Origin: an uncultured delta proteobacterium
GTDB taxonomy: Bacteria; Desulfobacterota; WTBG01
Assembly (NCBI GenBank): GCA_963793865.1
Contig: CAWCBP010000008.1
Location: 640,001-704,000 of the forward strand
Direction: 5' to 3'
DNA: 64,000 nucleotides
In this document: one piece after another, positions 1-10,040 of the stretch
Position numbering within the stretch: the stretch's first letter is position 1
Layout: each line of letters begins with the position of its first letter
The notes under the pieces: model-generated
The model's database searches: none
The model's input: only the letters and a program-made list of their open reading frames with translations
What the model was told of the DNA's origin: nothing
Made by a program: the position numbers and the translations under genes

Positions 1-488
1 TTGAGCAGTGATGCCTTGAAGACCTTATAGCAGGTTTCCATGTCGGTGAGATTGAGATTGGTAAGCATGTTTGAGAAGAGGGTGAGGATTTTATTGCCCA
101 CATAGTGCCAGAAGAGCAGTACCCGGTGGGGCCCGCCCAGGAAGCGGGAGCCGTACACCGCATCTGCTTTTCCGTCCAGGATAGGCTTTATGAGCTTGCC
201 GTACTCCTGGGGATCATATTCCAGGTCGGCATCCTGAATGATAACGATGTCACCCTTGACCTGCTGAAAAGCGGTTCTCAGGGCAGCACCTTTTCCCTGG
301 TTTGTGTCATGAAAGAGAACGGTGATTCCCTCCCGGTTTTTGAACTCGCCGAGCACGTCCCTGGTGCCGTCGCTTGATGCATCGTCGACAATGATGATTT
401 CCTTGTCGAGGGGAACGGATTGAACCCTGGCAATGAGCTCCCTGACCGTTTTCGCCTCGTTGTAAACGGGGATGACGACTGAAATCAT
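1..488 (-). CDS. Glycosyltransferase family 2 (polyprenol-phosphate glycosyltransferase-like), runs off the window edge
   Basis: Absent from the ORF track. Manual translation from ATG at 488: [60 protein letters not shown], the GT2 motifs. Confidence 0.9.
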   Translation of the reverse strand, partial: MISVVIPVYNEAKTVRELIARVQSVPLDKEIIIVDDASSDGTRDVLGEFKNREGITVLFHDTNQGKGAALRTAFQQVKGDIVIIQDADLEYDPQEYGKLIKPILDGKADAVYGSRFLGGPHRVLLFWHYVGNKILTLFSNMLTNLNLTDMETCYKVFKASLL

Positions 489-537
489 AAATCACCTTGC
501 CTCGGCGGTTCCCGTATTGCGCGGTTGCACCGGCTGT

Positions 538-1547
538 TTAAGGAGCAGGGTCATTGCCGCCTTTAAAGAGGGCGGGCAGCGGTACCTTGATGAACGGGAT
601 GAAGACCAATCCCAGGATGATAATTATTATAAACTGAAGCCCATGGATCAAAATGGCGTAGGTCAAGGCATCAGCCTTGGAGATGCCGAAGATCGCCAGC
701 CCAAGCATGCAGGAATAGTGATAGTTGCCGACAAACCCCGGCGCGGTCGGCAGTGTAATGCCGAGAGCGGTGATCAGCAGCACGGTATAAGCCGCTGCCA
801 GAGGGAGGTTCGCCATGGCGGCGAACGATTTAAAAAGGGCGTAGTTTATCAATCCGATGAAAAACCAGGTAAGAGCGAGAGCAGGGCAATGTACGAGGTT
901 TTTCTCCAGTCGGGAAGTATCTGCAATCCATCCAGGAAGGAATGAACCAGCCTGGTGAGACGGTCAGAGAGAGCGTGGGGCAGCAGTCTGATGACCCGGT
1001 CAATACCTTTCGCCGAGAGATCTCTCTTGATGGCCGCAAAAATGAGCAGCAGCAGCATGGGGATGATGGTGAGCAGAATGATGTATGCCGATGGGAAAAA
1101 CCACGAGGGCAGTTCATTCCGCTTTGATCTGATGCTCACGATGCTGAACAGCAGCAGAACCATCAGGGTGAGCATGTCAAAGACCCGCTCCACCACGATG
1201 GTTGCGAGGGTGGCGCCCAGCCTGATGTCGCTCTTTCGGGAGATGAGGTAGGGCCGGACAAACTCCCCCATGCGCATCGGCAGAAGGCTGATGGCCATAA
1301 ACCCGACCGACGTGGCCGAAAAGAGGGACCACTGGTCGATCTTTTTCAGCGGCTCCAGGATGACACCCCAGCGGTAGGACCGCACCAGCTGAACCATGAC
1401 CGACAGCAGCACTGCCGGAATAAGCCAGCGGTAGTCCGCGGAGCGAAAGGAAGAACCGAGCGTACTGAAATCGGTTCCCCTGAAGGCAAGCCAGATAAAG
1501 ACCGCCCCGATGAGGGTGCCCGCGATGATGTTTGCTTTTGCTTTCAT
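538..1547 (-). CDS. UPF0104 / lysylphosphatidylglycerol synthase TM (flippase-like) membrane protein, one frameshift near 872
   Basis: Track ORFs 849..1601 (RSYRW, LPMRMGE..RP, ERVFD) and 538..852 (LPTAPGFVG) join as ..SLLTWFFIGLINY.. if one base is restored. Likely start MKAKAN at 1547. Confidence 0.8.
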
Positions 1548-1552
1548 AGACT

Positions 1553-2557
1553 TTACCCGGCGCTTCCCTGCCCGGTCGTGTTCAGGTTTTTTGCAAACCA
1601 CTCGGTTGTTTTCCGCAGGCCGTCGCCGAAATCCGTTTGCGGGTGATAGCCGAGGAACTGTGCTGCTTTGGTGATATCCGCGCGGCTGTGTTTTACGTCA
1701 CCTGCCCGGGGAGGCGCGTACAGCGGTGCGGATGATGATCCCGTCAGGGCTGCGAGGCGGGAGTAAAGCTCATTGAGAGTAATTCGTTCACCGCAGGCAA
1801 TATTAAACGGTTCGCCGAGCGCAGCCCCGGTTGCGCTTGCGGCGCTGATGTTGGCCCGGACCACGTTCTCCACGTGGGTGAAATCCCGCGACTGCAATCC
1901 GTCTCCATAAATGGTGGGCGGCCGCTCCTGCAGCAGGGCGGTTATAAACCGCGGAATGACCGCCGCGTACGCCGAGTCGGCATCCTGCCGCTGCCCGAAA
2001 ACATTAAAATAGCGCAGCGAGACAGTGTGGAGGTTGTAAATTTTGTAGAACACCCTGCAGTAGTATTCCCCGGTCAGCTTTGAGACCGCGTAGGGGGACT
2101 GCGGGTTGGGTAGCTGCGATTCCACCTTGGGAGGCGCCGCTTCTTCTCCCGGCGCAGCCGGGCGGTCTCCATATACCGAGGATGAGGACGCGTAGACGAA
2201 TCGCTTTACCCGGGCATCTCGCGCGGCAACGAGCATGTTGAGGGTTCCCTGGATGTTGACCGCGCTGGTGGTGATGGGGTCCTCAACGGAGCGGGGAACG
2301 GATCCCAGGGCAGCCTGGTGGAAGACCCGGTCGACTCCCGCGCACGCCTTTCTGCAGGTGTCAAAATCCCGGATGTCGCCCCGCATCAGCACAAACCGGT
2401 CAGGGGGCAGCCCCGGCGCGGTCAGATATTCAACATTCTCCTCTTTCCCGGTGGAAAAGTTGTCGAGCACGCGGACGGCATCTCCCTGCCTCAAAAGTGC
2501 CTCTGCCAGATGTGAGCCTATGAAACCGGCGCCGCCGGTGACAAGACAAAGCGCCAT
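1553..2557 (-). CDS. NAD-dependent epimerase/dehydratase (UDP-GlcNAc 4-epimerase-like extended SDR)
   Basis: TGGAGFIGSH, HQAALGSVPRS, YASSSSVYG, YAVSK (YxxxK), LRYFNVFG. Confidence 0.93.
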   Translation of the reverse strand: MALCLVTGGAGFIGSHLAEALLRQGDAVRVLDNFSTGKEENVEYLTAPGLPPDRFVLMRGDIRDFDTCRKACAGVDRVFHQAALGSVPRSVEDPITTSAVNIQGTLNMLVAARDARVKRFVYASSSSVYGDRPAAPGEEAAPPKVESQLPNPQSPYAVSKLTGEYYCRVFYKIYNLHTVSLRYFNVFGQRQDADSAYAAVIPRFITALLQERPPTIYGDGLQSRDFTHVENVVRANISAASATGAALGEPFNIACGERITLNELYSRLAALTGSSSAPLYAPPRAGDVKHSRADITKAAQFLGYHPQTDFGDGLRKTTEWFAKNLNTTGQGSAG

Positions 2558-2706
2558 CCATCCTCCGAAAGAAACCGCTGAGGGTTAACTATCGGTATTT
2601 TGTTAAAAAACTTTGCTGAAATTTTCCAAAGTGTAGTGTATCAACCCGGTACCTGTCAAACCCTTTTTCTCATACCCCTCACTATAGTAAACGATAATAT
2701 GAAGCA

Positions 2707-2815
2707 GTCATTGCGAGGAGCGCAAGCGACGCGGCAATCTCATGCTGTGTAACCTGCTGCTTTTATTGAAAGAGATTGCTTCGTCGCCCGCCCCCGCGGG
2801 ACTCCTCGCAATGAC
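2707..2815. repeat. Palindromic miniature repeat element (GTCATTGCGAG...CTCGCAATGAC type)
   Basis: Terminal inverted repeats gtcattgcgaggag / ctcctcgcaatgac and inner gcaatctc / gagattgc. A related copy lies at about 10226-10297. Confidence 0.75.
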
Positions 2816-2847
2816 TGCTTATTACGAGTTGTTTATGGGACACGATA

Positions 2848-4842
2848 CTACAGCGGCGTCACCCGGATTGTGCCGTTACAAACATCAACTTTTTCCAGGC
2901 GCACAGCCAAAGTTGTGCCGGGTGCCGGGGCGGCGGACGGGGGGCAGGGAAAACTTGTTTCTACCAGGTAATCGGTAAGGAAGAGGTCGCAGCGGTTGAA
3001 TACCTGATTGACCACCAGGGCGTTCAGGGTGTCTCCGATCTTTCCTTCCAGGTGTTTTGTCAGCCAGTAACGGTGGCGCTGTTCCTGCACCAGGTTGATT
3101 TTTGCCCCGTTGATCTCCAGGTCCGCCAGGATCTTTTTCAGCTCCTCTTCCGGGTAAGGGCTGCTTTCGCCATACAGGGTGGCCTTGAGCTGGCGCTGCG
3201 CCACCAGATCGGCATATTTCCGGATGGGCGAGGTAAAGGTGCTGTAGGGCTGTAATCCCAGGCTGCTGTGATTGCCCGCCGAGGTGGAAAGGGTTGCCCG
3301 GTTGAGCAGGCGGCGCTGGCGCAGGTTGAGCAGAAGGTTGTCTTTGCCCGCGCCCGGAACGGTCTCCCGCGGCTCCGGCTGATTCCGGTAAATGAGGGGA
3401 ATCGACTGCCGCTGGAGAAATCCCGCGCACAGCCAGTTGGTCAGGATCATCAGCTCGGAGATGATGATTTCGCTCGGCAGCTCCCGCTCTCTTTTGTCGA
3501 TCCGGATTGATCCCTCCCCGTCAACGGTAATGGCCAGCTCGGGTATGGGAAGCAGCAGCGCCCCGGCACTGACCCGTTTCTCCCTCAGGCGCTGCGCCAG
3601 CCCGTAGAGGCATGAAAATTCCCTGCTGTCATGTATCAGCTCATTTGCTTCAGCGTAGGTATAACGCCGCTTGACCCTGATCACGCTGGGGAAAATGGTG
3701 AAGCCGGTGAGGTTCAAAGAAGCGTCAAACCGGATGTCGATGCTGACCGCCAGCCGGGGTTTTCCCTCCCCCAGGCTCAGGATGCCTTCGGAGAGCGGCG
3801 AGGGCAGCATGGGGATTTTGCCTTCCGGCAGGTATAAGGAGGCGGTTCTTTCGGATGCTTCCCTGTCAAGCTGCGTTCCGGGAAGAATGAATTCCGCGAC
3901 ATCGGTGATGTGAATGCCGACCCGGCTTTCCTTGTCTCCCGGCTCTATGCTCACCGCGTCGTCGATGTCACGGGTGGTTTCGCTGTCTATGCTGAAAACG
4001 GCCAGGTCCTGCAGGTCCCGCCGCACTGGATGCACGGGGAGCTGCGTTTCGCTGAAGGACTCGCATATTCGTTCGCTTTCACTCAGCGCCTCCGGAGTCC
4101 AGCGGGAGGGAATGGCATGGCGTTCAAGCAGGATGTTATCGTTTTCGCCCATTTCGCCCATCTTGATCAGCAGTTTGATCGGCATGTCAGGCCGGTTCAG
4201 CTGGGCTCGCTTCAGCATTTCCGCGGCCACTGGGGCCTCGGGATATTCGTCGCCAAAGACGGCAACGCCCCGCAGAAGGGCAACATAGCGGCTTTTGCCG
4301 GCAGGATCATCAACCGGTGTTCCGGCCCATTTTTTTCTGAGCCAGTCGCTCCCTTCCGAGAGATCATTTTCCCGCTCGGCATCCCGTCTGATCTTTGTCT
4401 CGATCTTCTGCGCCTGTTCGGCGGAATGAATGATGAACGCACCCTGGTTTAATTTGAAGTGTATTTTGTCTTCATACAGGGCGCGGAGGGTTGCGGCTGT
4501 TTGTGCCGGCGTGGGGGTGCCCCCGAAGACCAATTCCGCGAGATACGGTATGTCCAGGCGCTCTGCTTCTCCCTGGACCAGGTTCCACAGATCTTCGCTG
4601 TTGATACCGGCCTTCAGCGCTTCCGCCTCCTGAAGAAGGGCCTTTAATGCCTTGAGGAGATTTTCCCGTGAGCCGTCAGCCTTCAGGGGTGTTGGCGTGC
4701 TGTGGATGACCCTGCTCATTCCCAGGTTGATTTCCCTGCTGTGTTCGGAGAGCAGATGCAGCCTGTTCTCTTTGCACTCAAGGCAAACAGCGCTGATGAT
4801 CCTGTCCTTATCAAAGTAGGTGACTACGGTGCCCGGTTTCAT
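2848..4842 (-). CDS. RNB-domain exoribonuclease (RNase II/R family)
   Basis: Catalytic SIDSETTRDIDDA, plus HITDV, ELMILTN, FTSPIRKYADL. Likely start MKPGT at 4842. Confidence 0.9.
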   Translation of the reverse strand: MKPGTVVTYFDKDRIISAVCLECKENRLHLLSEHSREINLGMSRVIHSTPTPLKADGSRENLLKALKALLQEAEALKAGINSEDLWNLVQGEAERLDIPYLAELVFGGTPTPAQTAATLRALYEDKIHFKLNQGAFIIHSAEQAQKIETKIRRDAERENDLSEGSDWLRKKWAGTPVDDPAGKSRYVALLRGVAVFGDEYPEAPVAAEMLKRAQLNRPDMPIKLLIKMGEMGENDNILLERHAIPSRWTPEALSESERICESFSETQLPVHPVRRDLQDLAVFSIDSETTRDIDDAVSIEPGDKESRVGIHITDVAEFILPGTQLDREASERTASLYLPEGKIPMLPSPLSEGILSLGEGKPRLAVSIDIRFDASLNLTGFTIFPSVIRVKRRYTYAEANELIHDSREFSCLYGLAQRLREKRVSAGALLLPIPELAITVDGEGSIRIDKRERELPSEIIISELMILTNWLCAGFLQRQSIPLIYRNQPEPRETVPGAGKDNLLLNLRQRRLLNRATLSTSAGNHSSLGLQPYSTFTSPIRKYADLVAQRQLKATLYGESSPYPEEELKKILADLEINGAKINLVQEQRHRYWLTKHLEGKIGDTLNALVVNQVFNRCDLFLTDYLVETSFPCPPSAAPAPGTTLAVRLEKVDVCNGTIRVTPL

Positions 4843-5014
4843 GTCGGTGTAAGAATGAATAATGCAAGTTTTAGGCATTTGTAACACAATACCCCGCAAA
4901 AGCAAGCGGTAAAAAGCCGCGTTGACAATACCTTCAGGCAATGTGTGGTGGAGAACCACGCTCCGTCGTGGCCGCAGGATGACAAAAGTACATTTTTAAC
5001 TCCATCGCTATGCA

Positions 5015-5043
5015 TTGACAGGAGTCATGAATTGATTGATAAT
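5015..5043 (+). promoter_or_regulatory. sigma70-type promoter for archease-rtcB
   Basis: TTGACA (5015-5020), 17 nt, GATAAT (5038-5043). Confidence 0.55.
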
Positions 5044-5093
5044 GAAATTACAGACATTTCAATTGGTGCTAATCTCAACAACAGGTATCCGGG

Positions 5094-5513
5094 GTGACGC
5101 TTCCTTACAAAACCTTTAATCATACGGCGGATCTTGGCGTGGAGATCTGCGGCCCTGATTGCAATCAGCTCTTCATCAATGCCGGCAGGACACTCTTTGA
5201 CCTGATCTGCGGTGCTGCTGCCATTGATGAGAAAGCGGCCCTGCCGGTCACGGCGGAGGGCAGCGGGTACGAAGACCTGATGGTGAGCTGGCTGAGGGAG
5301 CTTCTGTACCTGCACCAGGTGAAGGGATACCTGCTCTCCGCGTTCATCATTCACAATGTGGATGAATCCCATCTCAGTGCAACCGTCAGGGGGGAGCAAT
5401 TCGATGCCCGCCGTCATGAGCTGCTGCGGGAGATTAAAGCGGTAACCTACCACCAGCTTAAAATCGAGCAGGGCGAGGAAGGATGGACCGCGCGCATCGT
5501 GTTCGATATTTGA
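5094..5513 (+). CDS. Archease
   Basis: HTADLG, EIKAVTYH, C-terminal VFDI; directly upstream of rtcB. Confidence 0.95.
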   Translation: MTLPYKTFNHTADLGVEICGPDCNQLFINAGRTLFDLICGAAAIDEKAALPVTAEGSGYEDLMVSWLRELLYLHQVKGYLLSAFIIHNVDESHLSATVRGEQFDARRHELLREIKAVTYHQLKIEQGEEGWTARIVFDI

Positions 5514-5543
5514 AGGGAAGCAGGCTGCATCGGGGGTGAGACC

Positions 5544-6995
5544 ATGGAAACAAAAGAAAAGCTGACCATAGAGAAGGTTGACGATTACCGCTTCATCATA
5601 CCCCGCTCGCAAGGGATGAGGGTCCCGGGGTTGCTGTACGCAAGCCGGAAGCTGCTGGATGACGTAGCGCTTGACGAAAGCCCGCGCCAGGTTGCCAACG
5701 TGGCCCACCTGCCCGGCATCATCAAGTACTCCCTGGCCATGCCGGACATGCATTGGGGCTACGGGTTTCCCATCGGGGGTGTCGCGGCCTTTGATCTCGA
5801 GGAAGGCGTTGTGTCCCCGGGCGGGGTTGGATATGACATCAATTGCGGATGCCGCGTCCTGCGAACGGATCTTACTCTTGAGGACGTTCAGGGTAAAATG
5901 AAGGGCCTGGTATCTGCCCTTTTCCGGGGCATACCCTCCGGTGTCGGTTCAACCGGCAGGGTTAAGCTGAACCCCTCGGAAGAGAAGAAGGTCCTGGTCA
6001 AGGGGGCCCGGTGGGCGGTTGAAAAGGGGTTCGGGGAAGGGGAGGACCTGGAGCGGACAGAGGATGGAGGTTTGATGGAAGGGGCTGACCCCGAGGCGGT
6101 GAGCCAGCGGGCGCTTGAGCGGGGGAGAAACCAGCTGGGGACGCTGGGCTCGGGGAATCATTTTCTCGAGGTGGGGGTGGTGGACCGGCTGTTTGATGAG
6201 GAGGTGGCCCGGGCCTTTGACCTTTTCCAAAACCAGGTGGTCGTCTCCATCCATTCCGGTTCGCGTGGCTTCGGCTACCAGGTCTGCGATGATTTCCTCA
6301 AGACAATGGTCCACACCATGGGTAAAATGGACGTGTCACTTCCTGACCGTCAGCTTGCCTGTGCCTATCTTCGCTCCGACCAGGGGAAGCAGTACTTTGC
6401 CGCCATGTCCTGTGCTGCCAACTATGCCTGGGCCAACCGTGAGGTGCTCACCCACTGGACGCGGGAAATCATGGAGCAGGCGCTGCAAATAAGCCCGAAG
6501 GATTTGAACATGCGGCTGCTCTACGATGTCTGCCATAACATTGCCAAGAAGGAGGTCCACACCGTTGACGGCGTGAAAAAGAAGGTGTGCGTTCATCGAA
6601 AAGGGGCAACGCGCGCCTTTCCGGCCGGCCACCCCGACGTGCCCGCGGTGTACCGGGAGGTGGGCCAGCCGGTGCTCATTCCCGGGGATATGGGCAGATG
6701 CTCATACATACTGGTCGGAACTGAGAAGGCCATGGAGGAGACGTTCGGCTCCACCTGTCACGGGGCGGGCCGGCTGATGAGCCGGACGCAGGCCATCAAG
6801 CAAAGCAGGGGCAGGTCCATCGCGCAGGAGATGGAGCAGCGGGGTGTCATTGTCATGGCCGAGGGAAGGGCAACCCTGGCGGAAGAGGTGCCCGAAGCCT
6901 ATAAAGACGTGAGCGATGTGGTGGAGGTGGTGCACCAGGCGGGGATATCAAGGAAGGTGGCCCGGCTTCGGCCGCTGGGTGTGATTAAAGGATAG
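5544..6995 (+). CDS. rtcB: RtcB RNA-splicing/repair ligase (archaeal/eukaryal-like long form)
   Basis: MPDMHWGYGFPIGG, GYDINCG, GSGNHFLE, HSGSRG, HNIAK, HRKGATRA, HGAGR, EAYK. Confidence 0.97.
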   Translation: METKEKLTIEKVDDYRFIIPRSQGMRVPGLLYASRKLLDDVALDESPRQVANVAHLPGIIKYSLAMPDMHWGYGFPIGGVAAFDLEEGVVSPGGVGYDINCGCRVLRTDLTLEDVQGKMKGLVSALFRGIPSGVGSTGRVKLNPSEEKKVLVKGARWAVEKGFGEGEDLERTEDGGLMEGADPEAVSQRALERGRNQLGTLGSGNHFLEVGVVDRLFDEEVARAFDLFQNQVVVSIHSGSRGFGYQVCDDFLKTMVHTMGKMDVSLPDRQLACAYLRSDQGKQYFAAMSCAANYAWANREVLTHWTREIMEQALQISPKDLNMRLLYDVCHNIAKKEVHTVDGVKKKVCVHRKGATRAFPAGHPDVPAVYREVGQPVLIPGDMGRCSYILVGTEKAMEETFGSTCHGAGRLMSRTQAIKQSRGRSIAQEMEQRGVIVMAEGRATLAEEVPEAYKDVSDVVEVVHQAGISRKVARLRPLGVIKG

Positions 6996-7074
6996 GCCGG
7001 CAACTGCTGCGGCCTTGATCCGGGTCTTTCCACTGGACAAGCGCACGGGGAGTGAAATGGCGGCAACAGTAAAG

Positions 7075-7103
7075 TTGACAGGGGCGGTTCTTTATTATAT
7101 AAG
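7075..7103 (+). promoter_or_regulatory. sigma70-type promoter
   Basis: TTGACA (7075-7080), 17 nt, TATAAG, upstream of the 7169 ORF. Confidence 0.55.
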
Positions 7104-7168
7104 AATTCATTGTTCGTTTTTGGGTAAAACGCCATCGATGTTTAATATATTGCGACAAGGGGGAACCG

Positions 7169-7696
7169 ATGATTTCTAAAAAGTTCATGGATGCGATCGT
7201 AAATCAAACAGAAAAATTATCCCGGACATGGTGCGGAGAGGTCCGGAAGTCAGAGTATATGAAGACCTATCAGAAGCTGCCGGACGAACGGTTGATGAGG
7301 GTTAACAAACTGTTTTTTGACTACTTTGCCAAATGGATCACCCAGGGATTGTCGCGCAAGGAGATCGGCAATTATTTTGTCCAGCTTGGGAAGGAGCGAT
7401 ACGAAGAGAAATTTCCCCTCTCCGAAATCCATTACGCGGTGATCCTGGCCAAACGGGTTGTGCGCAGCACAGCGCTTGCAGAGTCGCTGCTGGACAGCGC
7501 AATGGAAGTGTACCAGGTCATGGAGCTGGGACAGATGGTTTCCAGCTTTTTTGACACCGGCAATTTTTATATTACCAAGGGATACCTGCAGGCAATGCAC
7601 GACGATCTCGCCCGGTCCAAAAAATTCACTGAGGATGAGCTGACGAAATATTTTCCCCGCGGTTCATTTTTCAAGCAGGACATCGATCTGGTCTGA
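7169..7696 (+). CDS. Hypothetical helical protein, RsbRD N-terminal / globin-like sensor-type domain
   Basis: Good RBS; W..EV..S..Y, G.ERY.E.FPLSE and FFD...YITKGY pattern. Confidence 0.6.
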   Translation: MISKKFMDAIVNQTEKLSRTWCGEVRKSEYMKTYQKLPDERLMRVNKLFFDYFAKWITQGLSRKEIGNYFVQLGKERYEEKFPLSEIHYAVILAKRVVRSTALAESLLDSAMEVYQVMELGQMVSSFFDTGNFYITKGYLQAMHDDLARSKKFTEDELTKYFPRGSFFKQDIDLV

Positions 7697-7778
7697 TTCG
7701 GCAGGCGCACCACCCGGAGAAACTAAAGAGTGGCGCGGAAAAAATTGCTTCAAGTTCAGCCGTTAACATTGTCCACAT

Positions 7779-7806
7779 GTAGGGGCGACCGGCCGGTCGC
7801 CCCTAC
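7779..7806. repeat. GTAG-family REP palindrome GTAGGGGCGACCGGCCGGTCGCCCCTAC
   Basis: Perfect 28-bp palindrome. Identical or near-identical copies at 9859, 13963, 23113 and 55918; degenerate copy at 58502. Confidence 0.9.
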
Positions 7807-7899
7807 TTATTCTTGCAGTAATCATTGGGACTTGTCAACGCGATACTCCTGCGGTACTATACAGGTATCCTGAACAATTCAAGGAAGGAGGTAGGAGCC

Positions 7900-8291
7900 G
7901 TGAAGAAAAATAAAGGGAACATAGCAGTTGCCGCAATTTTTCGCTCATGCTCTTTTTTGCTGTCGGTTTCTGTGGCATTGCCCTCGCGCAGGAAAAGACT
8001 GATAAGGAAGTTTGCCCCAAACCCTACATAAAGCTCATCAAGCCCAATCTCGCCAGGGCCGGCCAGCAGGTAATCATCAGGGGGCACCGCTTCGGGGACA
8101 AGGAGAAGGCCGGAGAGGTAATTTTCTCTCCCGGCATAGGAGGTAACATCATTTCCTGGACAAACAGCAGGATCACGGTGGAAGTTCCGGCAGGAGCGAA
8201 AACCGGTGCGTTGGTGGTGCAAACCAAATGCGCGGAGAGCAACGCGGAGATATTAAAGATCGAGGCGGAAGCAGTCGGGGAGAAAAAGTAA
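7900..8291 (+). CDS. Secreted IPT/TIG-domain protein, frameshift in the T-run near 7938
   Basis: RBS AAGGAGG then GTG at 7900 (MKKNKGNIAVAAIF) joins SLMLFFAVG..ALA/QEK with one added T. P.I..IKP....GQQVIIRG..FG..SWTNSRI.V.VP is a TIG pattern. Confidence 0.75.
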
Positions 8292-8299
8292 CGACGGGG

Positions 8300-8608
8300 T
8301 TAGCTTTTGGGCGAATCATCCAAAAGGAATTCTTGTATCATCTTGTCAGCGATCTCCCGGGCTTGTACACTATATTCCCCGGAGGCAATCATCTTTTTAA
8401 TGAGGGCAACCTTCTCTTCCCGAATGTCGGGAGCTTTTTCAACTGCCTCCCGGATCTTGCGCAGATCATAGGTTAACTGCGCATGTTTCATGCTGTCATG
8501 CACCGCGGCATCAGGGCCTTCCTCTTTTTTGCCCTCAGACCTTCCCGGCAACTCGATGATCTTTCCGACTTCACCGTTCCGGCATGGCCGATCGCCCGAA
8601 TTCTGCAT
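8300..8608 (-). CDS. flgM: FlgM-like anti-sigma-28 factor
   Basis: PDIREEKVALIKKMIASGEYSVQAREIADKM is the FlgM C-terminal motif; start uncertain. Confidence 0.75.
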   Translation of the reverse strand: MQNSGDRPCRNGEVGKIIELPGRSEGKKEEGPDAAVHDSMKHAQLTYDLRKIREAVEKAPDIREEKVALIKKMIASGEYSVQAREIADKMIQEFLLDDSPKS

Positions 8609-8714
8609 AAGCAATACACCGTATGATTTATGCTGGCACTGTTATTTATAGCAGATTTCCCAAAAAAATCAATCTGGAATTCTGCCGGCATCTCACCACA
8701 TAACAGAGCGACAC

Positions 8715-9818
8715 TCAATTTCTTCCCTTGCCGTCCTGCACATTGAAAAGGAAGTTGAGAATATCGCCGTCCTGTACCTGGTAGTCCTTCCCTTTCAGTG
8801 ACAGCCGGCCCGCTTCTTTGACCTTCTGCTCACTCCCGCAGGCAATCAGGTCATCATAATGCATGTGCTCCGCGCGGATGAAACCGCGCTCGATGTCGGA
8901 ATGAATGGCGCCTCCGGCCTGTGGGGCAAAGGCGTTGCTGGGAATGGTCCACGCCCGCACCTCGTCTTCCCCCACGGTAAAGAAGGAAATGCGGTCAAGC
9001 GCTTCATAGCTCAGCCGGGTAATTTTTTCCAGGGCCGAGCGGGTGATGCCCAGCTCGCTGCAAAATGTTTTCCGCTCTTCGTCGTTCTCAATGGCCGCCA
9101 GATCCTCTTCAATTTTCAGGGAAACCTGCACGCAGTGTGTCCCGTCATCGCTGCAGGCGGCTTCAATCTGCCGCAGGAGTATGTCGGAGGCAAGGTCGTT
9201 TTCATGCACGTTGAGCGCCACAATCATGTTCTTTCGGGTGAGCAGGGGATAGGCATTCAGCACCTTCTTATCCTCATCATCAAGCGCCATCAGCCGCAGC
9301 GGTTTTTCGCCGCTTAAGTGTTCCACCACCGATCGCATGAGCTGAAGTTCCTTTTCCCGGGCCGGCTCGTTTTTCCGCTTGAGCTCCTTTTCCAGCCGCT
9401 CAATCCGCCCCTCGCTGAAAATCAGGTCGGCAAGCAGCAGTTCTGAATGGACGTAGCGTATATCGCGGAGGGGATCCACCGTCCCGTCTACGTGAAAAAC
9501 CGTTTCATCATCAAATGCGCGGACCACATGGCAGATGGCGTCAACGGTACTGATGGCTTTCAGCGCTTCACGGTTCTCCTGGGAATTTTTAGACAGCCCG
9601 GGCAGCAGCAGATACTTTATGAGTGCCGGAGTCACCGCCCTGGGATTGTACTTGGCCGCAAGCTGATAAAGCCGTTCATCGTGGACTTTGGAAAGACCGA
9701 TATTCGGTTTTTTCGCGGCATGATGGCCACTCTGCTCATCCGCTGATATGCTGTCGGTGAGCAGTTTAAATAATGTTTTTTTGCCGGTTTGCGGTAATCC
9801 TATAATACCGATTTCCAT
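8715..9818 (-). CDS. ychF: YchF/Obg-like ATPase, divergent
   Basis: GIIGLPQTGK, HVVRAF, ELLLADL, FFTVGEDEVRAW, IHSDIERGFIRAE, GKDYQVQDGD. Confidence 0.88.
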   Translation of the reverse strand: MEIGIIGLPQTGKKTLFKLLTDSISADEQSGHHAAKKPNIGLSKVHDERLYQLAAKYNPRAVTPALIKYLLLPGLSKNSQENREALKAISTVDAICHVVRAFDDETVFHVDGTVDPLRDIRYVHSELLLADLIFSEGRIERLEKELKRKNEPAREKELQLMRSVVEHLSGEKPLRLMALDDEDKKVLNAYPLLTRKNMIVALNVHENDLASDILLRQIEAACSDDGTHCVQVSLKIEEDLAAIENDEERKTFCSELGITRSALEKITRLSYEALDRISFFTVGEDEVRAWTIPSNAFAPQAGGAIHSDIERGFIRAEHMHYDDLIACGSEQKVKEAGRLSLKGKDYQVQDGDILNFLFNVQDGKGRN

Positions 9819-9858
9819 ACCCTTCTGCTCCTGCTTTAAACTAATCCTTTATCAAAAT

Positions 9859-9886
9859 GTAGGGGCGACCGGCCGGTCGCCGCTAC
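9859..9886. repeat. GTAG-family REP palindrome
   Basis: One mismatch to the 7779 copy. Confidence 0.85.
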
Positions 9887-9911
9887 GGTAAAATATCCTG
9901 CTTTGTTGCAT

Positions 9912-9954
9912 AAAAAAAAGAAGGCTAAAGTCCCACTACACTCGACTTTAACCT
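9912..9954 (-). terminator. Intrinsic terminator on the minus strand, upstream of ychF
   Basis: AGGUUAAAGUC / GACUUUAGCCU stem (the U-G pair works only on minus) followed by UC and U8. Confidence 0.75.
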
Positions 9955-10040
9955 CCCGCTTCCGTGCTGCTTGATGGCAAGAACTGAACTGGCGGTGCCG
10001 AACTGCAGTCGCAAATGAAAAACCACTAATAAATTGATGC
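9912..10040 (-). ncRNA. Candidate small RNA or leader/attenuator of about 125 nt
   Basis: Minus-strand TTGACA (10072-10067), 17 nt, TAGTAA preceded by TGn; ends at the terminator above; no credible ORF. Confidence 0.4.
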
